64,000 nt of DNA, taken from Thalassobaculaceae bacterium. GTDB taxonomy: Bacteria > Pseudomonadota > Alphaproteobacteria > Thalassobaculales > Thalassobaculaceae. Made by a program: the position numbers and the translations under genes. Below are positions 1 to 9,965 of the stretch, in pieces. The notes under the pieces are model-generated. The model was not told the DNA's origin and ran no database searches. It was given only the letters and a program-made list of their open reading frames with translations. The stretch covers positions 234,230 to 298,229 of the forward strand of contig JAVKFT010000028.1 in NCBI GenBank assembly GCA_040223655.1, written 5' to 3'. Each line of letters starts with the position of its first letter. Within the stretch, counting starts at the first letter, position 1.

Positions 1-432
1 GGGCTCGATCAGCTCGCGCTTTCCGGTCTGCCGTTGTCGCTCCTGGCCCTCGCCAAGGCCTGCGCGCACTGGCTGACCACCGGCCTGCCGATGCTGGTCC
101 TGGCGCCGATCCTGGCGATCAGCCTGAATCTGGCCACAGAATCCTATACCGTGCTGGTGGCGACCCTGGCACTCGGCACGCCGGTCGTCAGCCTGTTCGG
201 AGCCGTGGGCGCGGCGCTGGTGGTCGGCGCGCGGCGGGCCGGCGTCCTGGTGGCGCTGATCGTGCTGCCGCTGCTGATCCCGATCCTGATCTTCGCCGTC
301 TCCGCCATCGAGGCGGCTGCGGCGGGTCTTCCCGTCCGCGTGAATCTGCTGTTTCTGGGCGCGATCCTCGCCGCCGCGATCCCCCTGGCGCCGCTGGCGG
401 CGGGTGCGGCCTTGCGCCAAGCCCTCGACTGA
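1..432 (+). CDS. ccmB: Heme exporter protein B (5'-truncated by window edge)
   Basis: Frame open from base 1 (GLDQLALSGLPLSLLALAKACAHWL...); hydrophobic; LLVLPLLIPILIF-type CcmB segment; directly upstream of ccmC. Confidence 0.9.
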   Translation, partial: GLDQLALSGLPLSLLALAKACAHWLTTGLPMLVLAPILAISLNLATESYTVLVATLALGTPVVSLFGAVGAALVVGARRAGVLVALIVLPLLIPILIFAVSAIEAAAAGLPVRVNLLFLGAILAAAIPLAPLAAGAALRQALD

Positions 433-446
433 GCGATATCCGTTTC

Positions 447-1166
447 ATGCATCGCTTCGCCAACCCGACCCGCTTCTTCCGCCTCGCCAACGCCGTGCTG
501 CCGGTGCTCGGGGTGGTGACCGTGGGCCTGTTCGCAAGCGGCCTCTACTACGCCCTTCTCGACAGCCCGCCCGACTACCAGCAGGGCGATACGGTGCGGA
601 TCATGTACGTGCATGTGCCGGCCGCCTGGGCGGCGATGGCCTGCTACGCAAGCATGGCGCTGGCCGGCGCGTCCTTCCTGATCTGGAAGCATGTTCTGGC
701 CGATCTGGCGGCCCGCGCCGCCGCGCCCATCGGCGCCGGCTTCACCCTGATCTCGCTGATCACCGGCTCTCTTTGGGGCCAGCCGATGTGGGGCACCTGG
801 TGGGTCTGGGACGCCCGGTTGACCTCCGTGCTGATCCTGTTTTTCCTCTATCTCGGCTACATCGCCCTGGTGAACGCGTTCGACGATCCCGACCGGGGCG
901 GTCGGGCCGGCGCGGTCCTAGCCCTTGTCGGGGCGGTGAACCTTCCGATCATCAAGTTCTCGGTCGACTGGTGGAACACCCTCCATCAGCCGGCGAGCGT
1001 CCTGCGCATGGACGGACCGGCGATCGCGCCGGAGATGCTGTTGCCTCTCCTGCTCATGGCCGGCGCCTATTTCGCGCTGTTCGGGGTGATGATGATCCTG
1101 CGCCTGCGCGCCCTCTATGCCGGCCGCCGGCTCCGCCAGCTCCGCCTCGCCGCCGCTTCCGACTAA
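447..1166 (+). CDS. ccmC: Heme exporter protein C
   Basis: WWD motif WGTWWVWDARLT, YVHVP, WWNTLHQ. Confidence 0.97.
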   Translation: MHRFANPTRFFRLANAVLPVLGVVTVGLFASGLYYALLDSPPDYQQGDTVRIMYVHVPAAWAAMACYASMALAGASFLIWKHVLADLAARAAAPIGAGFTLISLITGSLWGQPMWGTWWVWDARLTSVLILFFLYLGYIALVNAFDDPDRGGRAGAVLALVGAVNLPIIKFSVDWWNTLHQPASVLRMDGPAIAPEMLLPLLLMAGAYFALFGVMMILRLRALYAGRRLRQLRLAAASD

Positions 1167-1271
1167 CGCCAGCCGCGTCCGTCGGTCGCGCTTGGCGTGG
1201 TCGGCCGAAACCCTTACCTTTGGGATCAAGGGAGCGGAGATCGCAACGGTAACAGCCGGAGAGCGGCGGGC

Positions 1272-1454
1272 GTGGACTATTTCTCGATGGGCGGATACGC
1301 GGCTTATGTCTGGCCGTCGTACGGAGTCGCCGCAATCATCCTGATCGGCCTTCTGATCAGTTCCTGGACCGCCGCCCGCAGCCGGGAGGCCGAGGTCGAG
1401 CGGCTGCGTGCCCTCGGCGCCGATATCCGCCGGCGCACGGAGAACTCCCGATGA
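1272..1454 (+). CDS. ccmD: Heme exporter protein D
   Basis: GTG start giving (M)DYFSMGGYAAYVWPSYG, single TM helix plus basic tail; between ccmC and ccmE; alternative ATG at 1287. Confidence 0.9.
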   Translation: MDYFSMGGYAAYVWPSYGVAAIILIGLLISSWTAARSREAEVERLRALGADIRRRTENSR

Positions 1455-1933
1455 CCCGCAAGAACCAGCGTATCGCCCTCATCGTCGGCGGCCTGTCGTT
1501 TCTCGGGATCGCCGCCGGTCTGGTGCTGACCGCGTTCGAGGACAGCGTCGTCTTTTTCTTCAGCCCGACCGAACTCCAGGCCAAGCCCGTTGACCCGGAG
1601 CAGCGGATCCGTGTCGGCGGGCTGGTGGAGGAAGGGACGGTCGAACGGGGTCCGGCCGATGCCGAAGTCCGGTTCAACGTCACCGACGGGACCACGAGCC
1701 TGACGATCCGCTATGTCGGCATCCTGCCCGATCTGTTCCGCGAGGGTCAGGGCATCGTCGCCCAGGGGCAGATGCGGAACGCCATGTTCCAGGCCGACGA
1801 AGTCCTGGCCAAGCACGACGAGAACTACATGCCCAAGGAAGTCGCGGACGCCCTGAAGCAGGAAGGCCACTGGAAAGACGGCGAAGGGCCCTCCGGCTCC
1901 GGATCCTACTCGGGCAGCGGAGGCGGCTCATGA
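1451..1933 (+). CDS. ccmE: Heme chaperone CcmE
   Basis: LPDLFREGQGIVA and heme-binding LAKHDENY (HxxxY); Gly/Ser-rich tail. Confidence 0.97.
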   Translation: MTRKNQRIALIVGGLSFLGIAAGLVLTAFEDSVVFFFSPTELQAKPVDPEQRIRVGGLVEEGTVERGPADAEVRFNVTDGTTSLTIRYVGILPDLFREGQGIVAQGQMRNAMFQADEVLAKHDENYMPKEVADALKQEGHWKDGEGPSGSGSYSGSGGGS

Positions 1934-3903
1934 TCGTCGAACTCGGCCATCTGGCGCTTGCCGCCGCCCTGATCGTCGCCGTGCTGCAATCGGTCGTCCC
2001 GCTCTACGGCGCCGCCCGCGGCGACGCGACCCTGATGGCGCTGGCCCGGCCGGCGGCCATGGTGCAGTTCGCCGCCCTGATCATCTCCTTCGGCGCCCTC
2101 ACCCACGCCTTCGTCACCTCGGACTTCTCGGTTTCCAACGTGGTGTCGAACTCCCATTCGCTGAAACCGATGATCTACAAGATCTCCGGCGTCTGGGGGA
2201 ACCACGAGGGCTCGATGCTGCTCTGGGTACTGATCCTGGCGCTGTTCGGCGCCGCGGTCGCCGCCTTCGGCGACAATCTGCCGGAAAGCCTCCGGGCCCG
2301 GACCATCGCCGTCCAGGGCCTGATTGGCGTCGGCTTCCTGACCTTCATCATCTTCACCTCGAACCCGTTCGAGCGCGTCATCCCGGCGCCGATCGACGGC
2401 CGGGGGCTGAACCCGCTGCTGCAGGACATCGGCCTCGCCCTGCATCCGCCGATGCTCTACCTCGGCTATGTCGGCCTCTCGACCACCTTTTCCTTTGCCG
2501 TCGCCGCCCTTTTGGAAGGCCGGGTCGATCCGTCCTGGGCCCGGTGGGTGCGGCCGTGGACGCTGGCCGCCTGGGTCGCGCTCACCGCCGGCATCATCCT
2601 GGGCTCGGGCTGGGCCTATTACGAGCTCGGCTGGGGCGGGTGGTGGTTCTGGGATCCGGTCGAGAACGCCAGTTTCATGCCCTGGCTCGCCGCCACCGCC
2701 CTGCTGCACTCGGCGATCGTGGTCGAGAAGCGCGACGCCCTGAAGAGCTGGACCATCCTGCTCGCGCTGATCGCCTTCGCCCTCTCCCTGCTCGGCACCT
2801 TCCTGGTGCGGTCCGGTGTCCTGACGAGCGTGCACGCCTTCGCGGTGGACCCGGAGCGCGGCATGTTCATCCTCGTGCTGCTCATGATCGCCATCGTCGG
2901 GTCCTTCGGCCTGTACGCCTGGCGCGCACCGTCCATGGACGGCGGCGGCATCTTCCGCCCGATCAGCCGGGAAGGCGGTCTGGTGATGAACAACCTGCTC
3001 ACCGCGACCGCGACCGCCACCGTGCTGATCGGCACGCTCTACCCCCTCGCGCTGGAGACGATCACCGGCGAGAAGGTCTCCGTCGGCCCCCCCTTCTACG
3101 AGGCGACGTTCGTGCCGCTGATGATTCCGCTGATCATCGCGCTGGGCATCGGACCGATGCTCGCCTGGAAACGCGGCGACCTGGCCGGCGCCCTGAACAA
3201 CCTCTGGGCCGCCGCCATCGTCGCCGTCTCTGTCGGTCTCGCCCTGGCCTGGCTGCAGGGCGCTCCGGTTGGCGCGGCCCTCGGCATGGCGCTGGCCGCC
3301 TGGCTGGCCATCGCGGTGATCACGGAATGGGCCGACAGAATCCGCCTGTTCCGCGTGCCCTTCTCCAGCGCCTGGAGCCGCGCGACCGGCCTGCCGCGCT
3401 CGGCCTACGGTATGTCGCTCGCCCATTTCGGCCTGGCGGTGTTCATCGTCGGCGCCGTCGGCGAGACCTATTTCAGCCACGAGGTCGTGCGCTACGCCGA
3501 AAAAGGCGACCGCATCGAGATCGCCGGCCGGACCATCGAGTTCGACGGAGTTACAGAGCGCGCCGGGCCGAACTTCAACGCCCAGGTCGGGACCTTCCTG
3601 ACGGAGAACGGCGACCGGCTCGAATCGGAGCGCCGCTTCTATCCGGCCGAGGGACAGCAGACCACCGAGGCGGCGATCCGGGTCGGGCTAGGCGGCGACC
3701 TCTACGCCGTGCTCGGAGAGCCCGCCGACGGCGAGAACTGGACGATCCGGATCTACTACAAGACGCTCGTGGTCTGGATCTGGATCGGCGGCTTCCTGAT
3801 GTCGCTCGGCGGGTTGATCTCCCTTGCCGACCGGCGCCTGCGCGTCGGCGCTCCCGCGCCACGGCGGCGCGCGGCCATGGCCTCCGCCGGCGGGGACGAC
3901 TGA
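1930..3903 (+). CDS. ccmF: Cytochrome c heme lyase subunit CcmF
   Basis: WGGWWFWDPVENAS, WGNHEGS, SVHAF motifs; 657 aa multi-TM. Confidence 0.98.
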   Translation: MIVELGHLALAAALIVAVLQSVVPLYGAARGDATLMALARPAAMVQFAALIISFGALTHAFVTSDFSVSNVVSNSHSLKPMIYKISGVWGNHEGSMLLWVLILALFGAAVAAFGDNLPESLRARTIAVQGLIGVGFLTFIIFTSNPFERVIPAPIDGRGLNPLLQDIGLALHPPMLYLGYVGLSTTFSFAVAALLEGRVDPSWARWVRPWTLAAWVALTAGIILGSGWAYYELGWGGWWFWDPVENASFMPWLAATALLHSAIVVEKRDALKSWTILLALIAFALSLLGTFLVRSGVLTSVHAFAVDPERGMFILVLLMIAIVGSFGLYAWRAPSMDGGGIFRPISREGGLVMNNLLTATATATVLIGTLYPLALETITGEKVSVGPPFYEATFVPLMIPLIIALGIGPMLAWKRGDLAGALNNLWAAAIVAVSVGLALAWLQGAPVGAALGMALAAWLAIAVITEWADRIRLFRVPFSSAWSRATGLPRSAYGMSLAHFGLAVFIVGAVGETYFSHEVVRYAEKGDRIEIAGRTIEFDGVTERAGPNFNAQVGTFLTENGDRLESERRFYPAEGQQTTEAAIRVGLGGDLYAVLGEPADGENWTIRIYYKTLVVWIWIGGFLMSLGGLISLADRRLRVGAPAPRRRAAMASAGGDD

Positions 3904-3907
3904 CCCC

Positions 3908-4441
3908 ATGCGCCGGCTGTTCGCGCTGATCCCGCTTCTGGCGGCCGTCGGGCTCATCGCCGCCCTGGGCTGGCCGCTGATCGAGGGGCGGAACCCGCAG
4001 GAGCTGCCCTCCGTGCTCCTGGACAAGCCTGTGCCGGCCTTCGACCTGCCCGCGCTGGAGCCGGGCGAGCCCGGGCTGGCCTCCGGCGACCTCGCCGGCA
4101 AGCCGGTTCTGGTGAACGTCTTCGCCTCCTGGTGCGCGCCCTGCCGAGCGGAGATCCCGCGCCTCCAGGGATTGGCCGAGGAGGGGGTGACGATCTACGG
4201 GCTCGCCTACAAGGACGATCCGGAAGCGACCCGGCGCTTTCTCGAGGTTCTCGGCAACCCGTATGCCCGGATCGGCGTCGACCGGGACGGCCGCACGGGC
4301 CTCGAATTCGGCGTCTACGGCGTGCCGGAGACCTACGTGATCGACGCCGCCGGGGTGATCCGCCACCGCCATGTGGGCGAGGTCACCGACCGGGTGGCCG
4401 ATGCCACGCTGGTGCCGCTTCTCAAGGAACTCGCGCAATGA
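3908..4441 (+). CDS. ccmG: Thiol:disulfide interchange protein CcmG/DsbE
   Basis: WCAPC active site, [12 protein letters not shown]; start reassigned to ATG 3908. Confidence 0.95.
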   Translation: MRRLFALIPLLAAVGLIAALGWPLIEGRNPQELPSVLLDKPVPAFDLPALEPGEPGLASGDLAGKPVLVNVFASWCAPCRAEIPRLQGLAEEGVTIYGLAYKDDPEATRRFLEVLGNPYARIGVDRDGRTGLEFGVYGVPETYVIDAAGVIRHRHVGEVTDRVADATLVPLLKELAQ

Positions 4442-4944
4442 TCCGCGCAACCATCCGCGCCCTGCCCCTACTCTCCGCTCTTCTGGTCGCCGCGCTTTTG
4501 GTCGCCGCCCCGGCCCACGCGGTGCAGCCGGACGAAGTGCTGGACGATCCGGCCCTGGAAGCCCGCGCGCGTACCTTGAGCGCCGAGGTGCGCTGCGTCG
4601 TCTGCCAGAACCAGTCGATCGACGACAGCAATGCGGAGCTGGCGCGCGACCTGCGGCTTCTGGTGCGCGAGCGGCTTCAGGCCGGCGATTCCGACGACGA
4701 GGTTCTGGACTATCTCGTGGCCCGGTTCGGTCCCTTCGTGCTGCTCGAGCCGCCGAAGACCGACAGCACGCTGCTGCTGTGGTACGGGCCGGCAGCACTC
4801 CTCGGACTCGGCGCGATCGCCGTGGCCGGAGTCTTCCTGCGCCGCCGACGGACGGCTGCGCCGACGCCGCTCAGCGATGAGGAGCGGCGACGCCTGGAAG
4901 CGCTGCTCGAAGACGACGAATCCGCCGGCGGGAGGTCGACATGA
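4438..4944 (+). CDS. ccmH: Cytochrome c biogenesis protein CcmH (CycL)
   Basis: [22 protein letters not shown] motif, signal peptide, C-terminal TM; ATG 4438 overlaps ccmG stop. Confidence 0.95.
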   Translation: MIRATIRALPLLSALLVAALLVAAPAHAVQPDEVLDDPALEARARTLSAEVRCVVCQNQSIDDSNAELARDLRLLVRERLQAGDSDDEVLDYLVARFGPFVLLEPPKTDSTLLLWYGPAALLGLGAIAVAGVFLRRRRTAAPTPLSDEERRRLEALLEDDESAGGRST

Positions 4945-6353
4945 TGTTCTGGGCCGCCGCGGGGGTCCTGGTGCTGGCCGCCGTCCTCGCGATGATCGCG
5001 CCGCTGCTCCGCCGGAGCGCCCGCACAGCCGCGCGGGCGGAGCACGGCCTCGCGGTCCTGAAGGATCAGCTCGCCGAGATCGAACGCGACCGCGCCGTCG
5101 GCCGTCTCGCCGAGGCCGAGGCGCAGGCGGCCCGAACCGAGGTCGAACGCCGTATCCTGGCCGAGGCCGACCGGCGGGATGGCCGCGGACCGGACGCCGA
5201 TTCGGATCCGCGGCCGCGCCGGTTCGCCGTCGCCGCGGTGATCATCGTCGGCCTGCCGCTGGCGACCGGTCTGGTCTACATGCGCGCCGGCAGTCCCGGT
5301 ACCCCGGATCTGCCGCTGTCGGCACGGGCCGAGGAACGCACCCGCATGGCGGAGACGGCGCAGCGCCAGCAGGGCATCATGGAGATGGTGCAGAACCTGG
5401 AGAAGCGCCTCGGCAGCCAGCCGGACGATATCGAGGGATGGATGCTGCTCGGCCGCTCACGGCTGGCCCTCGGGGATTTCGAGCAGGCGGCGATCGCCTA
5501 CAGCCGCGCCGCCGAACTGGGCGGCGGCGCCGAGGCGGTCGGCGAGATGGCTGAGGCGCTCGTGCGCCGCGACCGTGGCATCGTCACCCCGGACGCCCGG
5601 CGGGCGTTCGAGCGGGTTCTCGAGATCGCCCCGGCCGACCCGCGCGCCCGCTATTACCTGGCGGTCAGCGCCCACCAGCGGGGCGACCCGGAGACGGCGG
5701 TGCGGCAGTGGCTCGCCCTGGCCCTCGACACGCCGGTCTCAGCCCCCTGGCGCGCCAGCCTGATGCAGCGGGTCACCGAGGTGGCCGCCGAGAACGGGCT
5801 CGACCTCGCCGCCCTCCGGGCGCAGGTGGACGCCGGGCGGCCGACGACCTCCGGACCGCGGGGGCCGAGCGCGGACGACGTGGCCGCAGCGCAGACGATG
5901 GCGCCGGACGAGCGTCTGGAGATGATCCGCGGCATGGTCGACGGGCTTCAGGCCCGCCTGGACGAGGACCCGAGCGACGTGGACGGCTGGCTCCGCCTCG
6001 GCCGCTCCTGGCAGGTCCTGGGCGAGCCGGAGAAATCGGTCGACGCCTATCGCGAGGCAGCGGTGCGCGCGCCGGACCGGATCGAGGTTCAACTCGACTA
6101 CGCCCGCGCGCTTTTTCCACCGGGAACGGACAACCGGGCCATGCCGCAGGAGTTCATGGATGCCATCGCCCGGGTTCGGTCCCTCGATCCGAATCACCCC
6201 GAGGGCCTGTTCTTCGGCGGCATGATCGCCGCCCGCAACGGCGAGGCGGCGGAGGCGCGGGAGCTGTGGTCCCGCCTGCTGGAGCGGCTGCCCGACGAGT
6301 CGCCGATCCGCGACGCGATCGAGCAGCGGCTGTCTACCCTCGACGCGGGCTGA
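4941..6353 (+). CDS. ccmI: Cytochrome c biogenesis protein CcmI (CycH), TPR repeats
   Basis: N-terminal TM plus [11 protein letters not shown] segment; two TPR blocks ([13 protein letters not shown] / [13 protein letters not shown]). Confidence 0.9.
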   Translation: MMFWAAAGVLVLAAVLAMIAPLLRRSARTAARAEHGLAVLKDQLAEIERDRAVGRLAEAEAQAARTEVERRILAEADRRDGRGPDADSDPRPRRFAVAAVIIVGLPLATGLVYMRAGSPGTPDLPLSARAEERTRMAETAQRQQGIMEMVQNLEKRLGSQPDDIEGWMLLGRSRLALGDFEQAAIAYSRAAELGGGAEAVGEMAEALVRRDRGIVTPDARRAFERVLEIAPADPRARYYLAVSAHQRGDPETAVRQWLALALDTPVSAPWRASLMQRVTEVAAENGLDLAALRAQVDAGRPTTSGPRGPSADDVAAAQTMAPDERLEMIRGMVDGLQARLDEDPSDVDGWLRLGRSWQVLGEPEKSVDAYREAAVRAPDRIEVQLDYARALFPPGTDNRAMPQEFMDAIARVRSLDPNHPEGLFFGGMIAARNGEAAEARELWSRLLERLPDESPIRDAIEQRLSTLDAG

Positions 6354-7431
6354 GTCGCCGGTTCACGTGGCCCATCTTGCGGCCCGGTCGGGCCTCGGCC
6401 TTGCCGTACAGATGGACATGCGCCGCCGGATCGGCGAGATGGGCGGGGACGGCGTCGACGTCGTCGCCGATCAGGTTCAGCATCTCGGTATCGGACAGGA
6501 TATCGGTCGGCCCGAGCGGTAGCCCGGCGACGGCGCGGACGAATTGCTCGAACTGTGACGTGGCGCAGCCGTTCTGGGTCCAGTGGCCGGAGTTGTGCGG
6601 ACGCGGGGCGATCTCGTTGACCAGCACCTCGCCGGCCTCGGTGACGAACATTTCCACGGCCAGAAGACCGACCATATCCAGCGCGACGATCAGCGTCTCC
6701 GCCGCCTGCCGCGCGGCGGCGGCCACCGCGTCCGAGATGCGGGCCGGGACGACCGAACGCCTCAGGATTCCGCCCTCGTGGCTGTTCTCGGTGACCGGGA
6801 AGCAGGCGACCGTCCCGTCCAGCCCACGGGCGGCGATCACCGAGACTTCGGTGGTGAACGGAACAACGCGCTCGAGGATCGCGTCGTCGCTCTGGAGATC
6901 GTCCCAGGCCTTGGCCAGGCTGCTGTCCATGTCGATGCGGATCTGGCCCTTGCCGTCATAGCCGAGCCGACAGGTCTTCAGGATCGCCGGCACGCCGACA
7001 GCGGCCAGACCGTCGATCAGCTCGTCCAGGGTCGACACGCCCCAGAACTGCGCCGTCTCCAGACCCTGCTCCTGGGCAAAGCTTTTTTCGACGACGCGAT
7101 GCTGCGCCACCTCCAGCGCCTGCGGTCCAGGACGCACAGGCACCCGGTTCATCAGGTACTCGACGGTCGCCACCGGGACGTTCTCGAACTCGTAGGTGAC
7201 CACGTCGACCGCAGCAGCGAACGCGTCCAGCGCCGCCCAGTCGTCCCAGGCCGCCGCAGTCGCGGCGTCGGACACCTGCGCCGCCGGACCGCCGGTCGCG
7301 TCCGGATCGTAGATGTGGCAGCGGTAGCCGAGCGGCGCGGCGGCAAGGGCCGTCATACGGCCGAGCTGTCCGCCGCCGAGAATGCCGATGGTGGCGTTTG
7401 CCGGCAGCGGCGCCGTCAGATCGGACGCCAT
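6334..7431 (-). CDS. purK: N5-carboxyaminoimidazole ribonucleotide synthase
   Basis: IGILGGGQLGRM, TYEFENVP, LGYDGKGQ, NEIAPRPHNSGH, HLYGK..RPGRKMGH. Confidence 0.97.
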   Translation of the reverse strand: MASDLTAPLPANATIGILGGGQLGRMTALAAAPLGYRCHIYDPDATGGPAAQVSDAATAAAWDDWAALDAFAAAVDVVTYEFENVPVATVEYLMNRVPVRPGPQALEVAQHRVVEKSFAQEQGLETAQFWGVSTLDELIDGLAAVGVPAILKTCRLGYDGKGQIRIDMDSSLAKAWDDLQSDDAILERVVPFTTEVSVIAARGLDGTVACFPVTENSHEGGILRRSVVPARISDAVAAAARQAAETLIVALDMVGLLAVEMFVTEAGEVLVNEIAPRPHNSGHWTQNGCATSQFEQFVRAVAGLPLGPTDILSDTEMLNLIGDDVDAVPAHLADPAAHVHLYGKAEARPGRKMGHVNRRLSPRRG

Positions 7432-7433
7432 GG

Positions 7434-7925
7434 TCAGCCCTCGTCCGTCGGGATATCGGCCACCGCGTCGGTGCGGGCCTGACGCCAGGCGGTCAGCGCC
7501 GCGTCCACCTCCGCGTCCGTCAGGGCGACGATGGAAGCCGCCATGAGACCGGCATTGGTGGCACCGGCCTTGCCGATCGCCAGTGTCCCGACCGGTACGC
7601 CGCCCGGCATTTGCACGATGGACAGGAGGCTGTCCCAGCCGGACAGGGCCTTGCTCTCGACCGGAACCCCGAGCACCGGCAGCGTCGTCATCGCGGCGAC
7701 CATGCCGGGCAGGTGCGCGGCTCCGCCGGCCCCGGCCACGATCACCTGCAGCCCGCGCTGCTTCGCGGCCTCGGCATATTCAACCATCCGCTTTGGCGTG
7801 CGGTGGGCGGAGACGATTCGGGTCTCGTAGGCAATATCGAGGACATCCAGGACCTCGCAGACATGCTTCATGGTCGACCAGTCCGACTGGCTGCCCATGA
7901 TCACGCCGACCTTGGGTGAGGGCAC
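7434..7925 (-). CDS. purE: N5-CAIR mutase
   Basis: [27 protein letters not shown]; GTG start at 7925 after GGAGG. Confidence 0.97.
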   Translation of the reverse strand: MPSPKVGVIMGSQSDWSTMKHVCEVLDVLDIAYETRIVSAHRTPKRMVEYAEAAKQRGLQVIVAGAGGAAHLPGMVAAMTTLPVLGVPVESKALSGWDSLLSIVQMPGGVPVGTLAIGKAGATNAGLMAASIVALTDAEVDAALTAWRQARTDAVADIPTDEG

Positions 7926-8081
7926 GCTCGCCTCCAAGTTGTCGCTAGTTCTCGCCGGCTCCAAGACCCGCGGAGCCGCGGACTATACGAACGGCCCCGG
8001 TCCGGTTCAAGAACAGCCGCCCATGCTGACAGCCATAAGTGAAGCCGCTAGAATAAAGCCTTGTGAACAAAGGCGTTGCCG

Positions 8082-8624
8082 ATGGCATTGAAGACTTACG
8101 CACTGGACGCCGTATCGATCCTCGTGCTCGAAGACAACCGATTCATGCGGTCGATATTGGTTAACGTCATCAAAGGACTGGGCGTCAACCATGTGCTCGA
8201 GGCGCGCGACGGCAGCGAGGCGCTGGAGGAGCTGCGCAACCATCCGGCCGACATCATCGTGATGGATTGGGAGCTCGACGGCATGTCGGGCGCCAAGTTC
8301 CTGCAGACGGTCCGCAGCGGCAAGCGCGGCCTCAACCCGCTCACACCGGTCATCGTCGTGTCCGCCAACACGATCGCCCGCAACATCCTGCAGGCGCGGG
8401 ACACCGGCATGACGGAGTTCCTGGCCAAGCCGGTCTCCGCCGCCGCGATCTACGCCCGCATCGTGTCGATCATCGAGAACCCGCGCCGCTTCGTGCGGAC
8501 CGGGTCGTATTTCGGACCGGACCGGCGCCGCCGGTACGAGGCCGGCTACATGGGGCCGAAACGCCGGTCCGAGGACCGGTCAATGGACGATGTGGACGAT
8601 GTCGACTCCTTGAAACAAGCTTGA
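8082..8624 (+). CDS. CheY-like response regulator with C-terminal Arg-rich region (Cle-type, putative c-di-GMP effector)
   Basis: Receiver motifs LVLEDN, IIVMDW (phospho-Asp), VVSA, FLAKP, followed by tandem YFGPDRR and YMGPKRR motifs. Confidence 0.85.
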   Translation: MALKTYALDAVSILVLEDNRFMRSILVNVIKGLGVNHVLEARDGSEALEELRNHPADIIVMDWELDGMSGAKFLQTVRSGKRGLNPLTPVIVVSANTIARNILQARDTGMTEFLAKPVSAAAIYARIVSIIENPRRFVRTGSYFGPDRRRRYEAGYMGPKRRSEDRSMDDVDDVDSLKQA

Positions 8625-8652
8625 GCTTCCAAGAGCTCCCCAGGGAACGCTG

Positions 8653-9144
8653 ATGGCCGAGAAGCCGAAGGTCGAATTCATCGACAACCCGAACCCGATC
8701 CGCAGCAAGGTCCGAGTCGAACAGGGAGTCGACCCGCAGAACCTGATCCGCCGGGCCGACAAGCAGGTGGCGAAGCTCTCCGGCGAGTTCGAGGAGATCT
8801 TTGCCGAGAACATCAAGGACCTCGGCGAGGCGACGACCACCCTGCGGCAGAGCGGTGGCTCGGACGAGGAGGCGCTGGCGCGGGTGCGGACCCTGCTGCA
8901 CGACCTGCGCGGGCAGGCGGGGACGTTCGGCTATCCGCTGGTCAGCCAGGTCGGCGACAGCGCCTGCAAGTTCATCGACCTGTCGTCGGGCATCGGCGCC
9001 TCCGAGCTCGAGGTCCTGAACATGCATGTCGATGCGCTCAAGGCGATCAGCCAAGCGAAGATCAAGGGCGACGGTGGCCCGATCGGCACCGAGCTCATGG
9101 GCGGCCTGCGCAAGGTCATCCTGAAATACAACGAGAAGCGCTGA
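8653..9144 (+). CDS. Hpt-like histidine phosphotransfer protein
   Basis: LLHDLRGQAGTFGYPLVSQVG matches the Hpt HxLKGxAGxxG helix; 28 bp downstream of the receiver gene. Confidence 0.75.
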   Translation: MAEKPKVEFIDNPNPIRSKVRVEQGVDPQNLIRRADKQVAKLSGEFEEIFAENIKDLGEATTTLRQSGGSDEEALARVRTLLHDLRGQAGTFGYPLVSQVGDSACKFIDLSSGIGASELEVLNMHVDALKAISQAKIKGDGGPIGTELMGGLRKVILKYNEKR

Positions 9145-9186
9145 TGCCGGGTCGCTGCCGGGGCACCGCCGGGTCGGCCACGGGCG

Positions 9187-9387
9187 TCAGGCGATGATGT
9201 CGGGCAGAAGCTGGCTTTCGATCCGGCTCATCTGGTCCTTGAGGCCGAGCTTGCGCTTCTTCAGACGCTGAAGCTGAATCTGGTCGAACGGGGCGCGTTC
9301 GAGCAGGCGGGCGATCACGTCGTCCAGATCCCGGTGTTCGGTCTTCAGTTCGGCCAGACGGCGTTTGAGTTCTTCAAGATCTTCCAC
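9187..9387 (-). CDS. DUF465 (YdcH-like) small coiled-coil protein
   Basis: EHRDLDDVI...QRLKKRKLGLKDQMSRIE..LLPDIIA; GTG start after GAGGG. Confidence 0.85.
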   Translation of the reverse strand: MEDLEELKRRLAELKTEHRDLDDVIARLLERAPFDQIQLQRLKKRKLGLKDQMSRIESQLLPDIIA

Positions 9388-9449
9388 GGAGCCCTCGGTC
9401 GCGAAGCGCAAGGCTTGAGGGTTTAACGTTCCTCAAACGGCGCCGTCTT

Positions 9450-9965
9450 TCAAGCTTTCCAAACGGATTTGGCGGCGGTCATCACCATGACCTGGCCCGA
9501 GGGAAAACGGTGGCGTCCCCGTTCGCGGTATCCGGCCTTCTGGAAGGCGATGATCGCGCCCCAATGGTCGGGATGCGGATCCGCGACCACCCGGTCGCAT
9601 CCCGGCTCGGCGAAGAGGCGGGCTGTCAACGCCCGGATCGCCGCGCGCCCGTGCTTGCGGTTGACCGCGTCGCTCTCGCCGATCAGCAGGTCGATGCCGC
9701 GCGTCCCCGGGCCGACCCCGTCGACCTGTAGCCAGACATCGCCGTCCTCCATGGCATCGTAGTCGTGGGCGTAGCCGATCGGTCGGCCGTCCAGATCGAT
9801 CCGCCAGGGCCTGAGCCAGTCGGGCGGGGCCGTGCCGGCGCGGAACGCCTCGACCACGGGCTCCGTCCAGTGCGGCTTCCACCAGCGCTTCACATGCGGG
9901 GCGTCGAGCCACGCCTCCAGCCGGTCGACCTCGGCGGCCGGAAAAGGCACGAGCTCAACGGGCAC
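9450..9965 (-). CDS. GNAT N-acetyltransferase (AAC(6')-Ib/IucB-like Acetyltransf_8 type)
   Basis: WLDAPHVKRWW, PIGY, GIDLLIGE, VVADPHPDH..AI.AFQKAGY. Confidence 0.8.
   Translation of the reverse strand: MPVELVPFPAAEVDRLEAWLDAPHVKRWWKPHWTEPVVEAFRAGTAPPDWLRPWRIDLDGRPIGYAHDYDAMEDGDVWLQVDGVGPGTRGIDLLIGESDAVNRKHGRAAIRALTARLFAEPGCDRVVADPHPDHWGAIIAFQKAGYRERGRHRFPSGQVMVMTAAKSVWKA

Noticed and set aside
1167-1271. 105-bp gap between ccmC and ccmD as an RNA element
   Set aside because: Only weak imperfect pairing and no recognisable motif.
6334-6353. 20-bp convergent overlap of ccmI and purK; also the exbB/exbD overlap at 45339-45412
   Set aside because: Short overlaps are common in GC-rich genomes, and the exbD start may simply be further downstream (45361).
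9415-9436. TTGAGG-N10-CCTCAA inverted repeat containing TTAAC upstream of the DUF465 gene as a CtrA site
   Set aside because: Only a half site; the full TTAA-N7-TTAA motif is absent.
9450-9965. Acquired aminoglycoside-resistance gene aac(6')
   Set aside because: No integron, attC site or mobile element context; codon style matches its neighbours; only family-level similarity.
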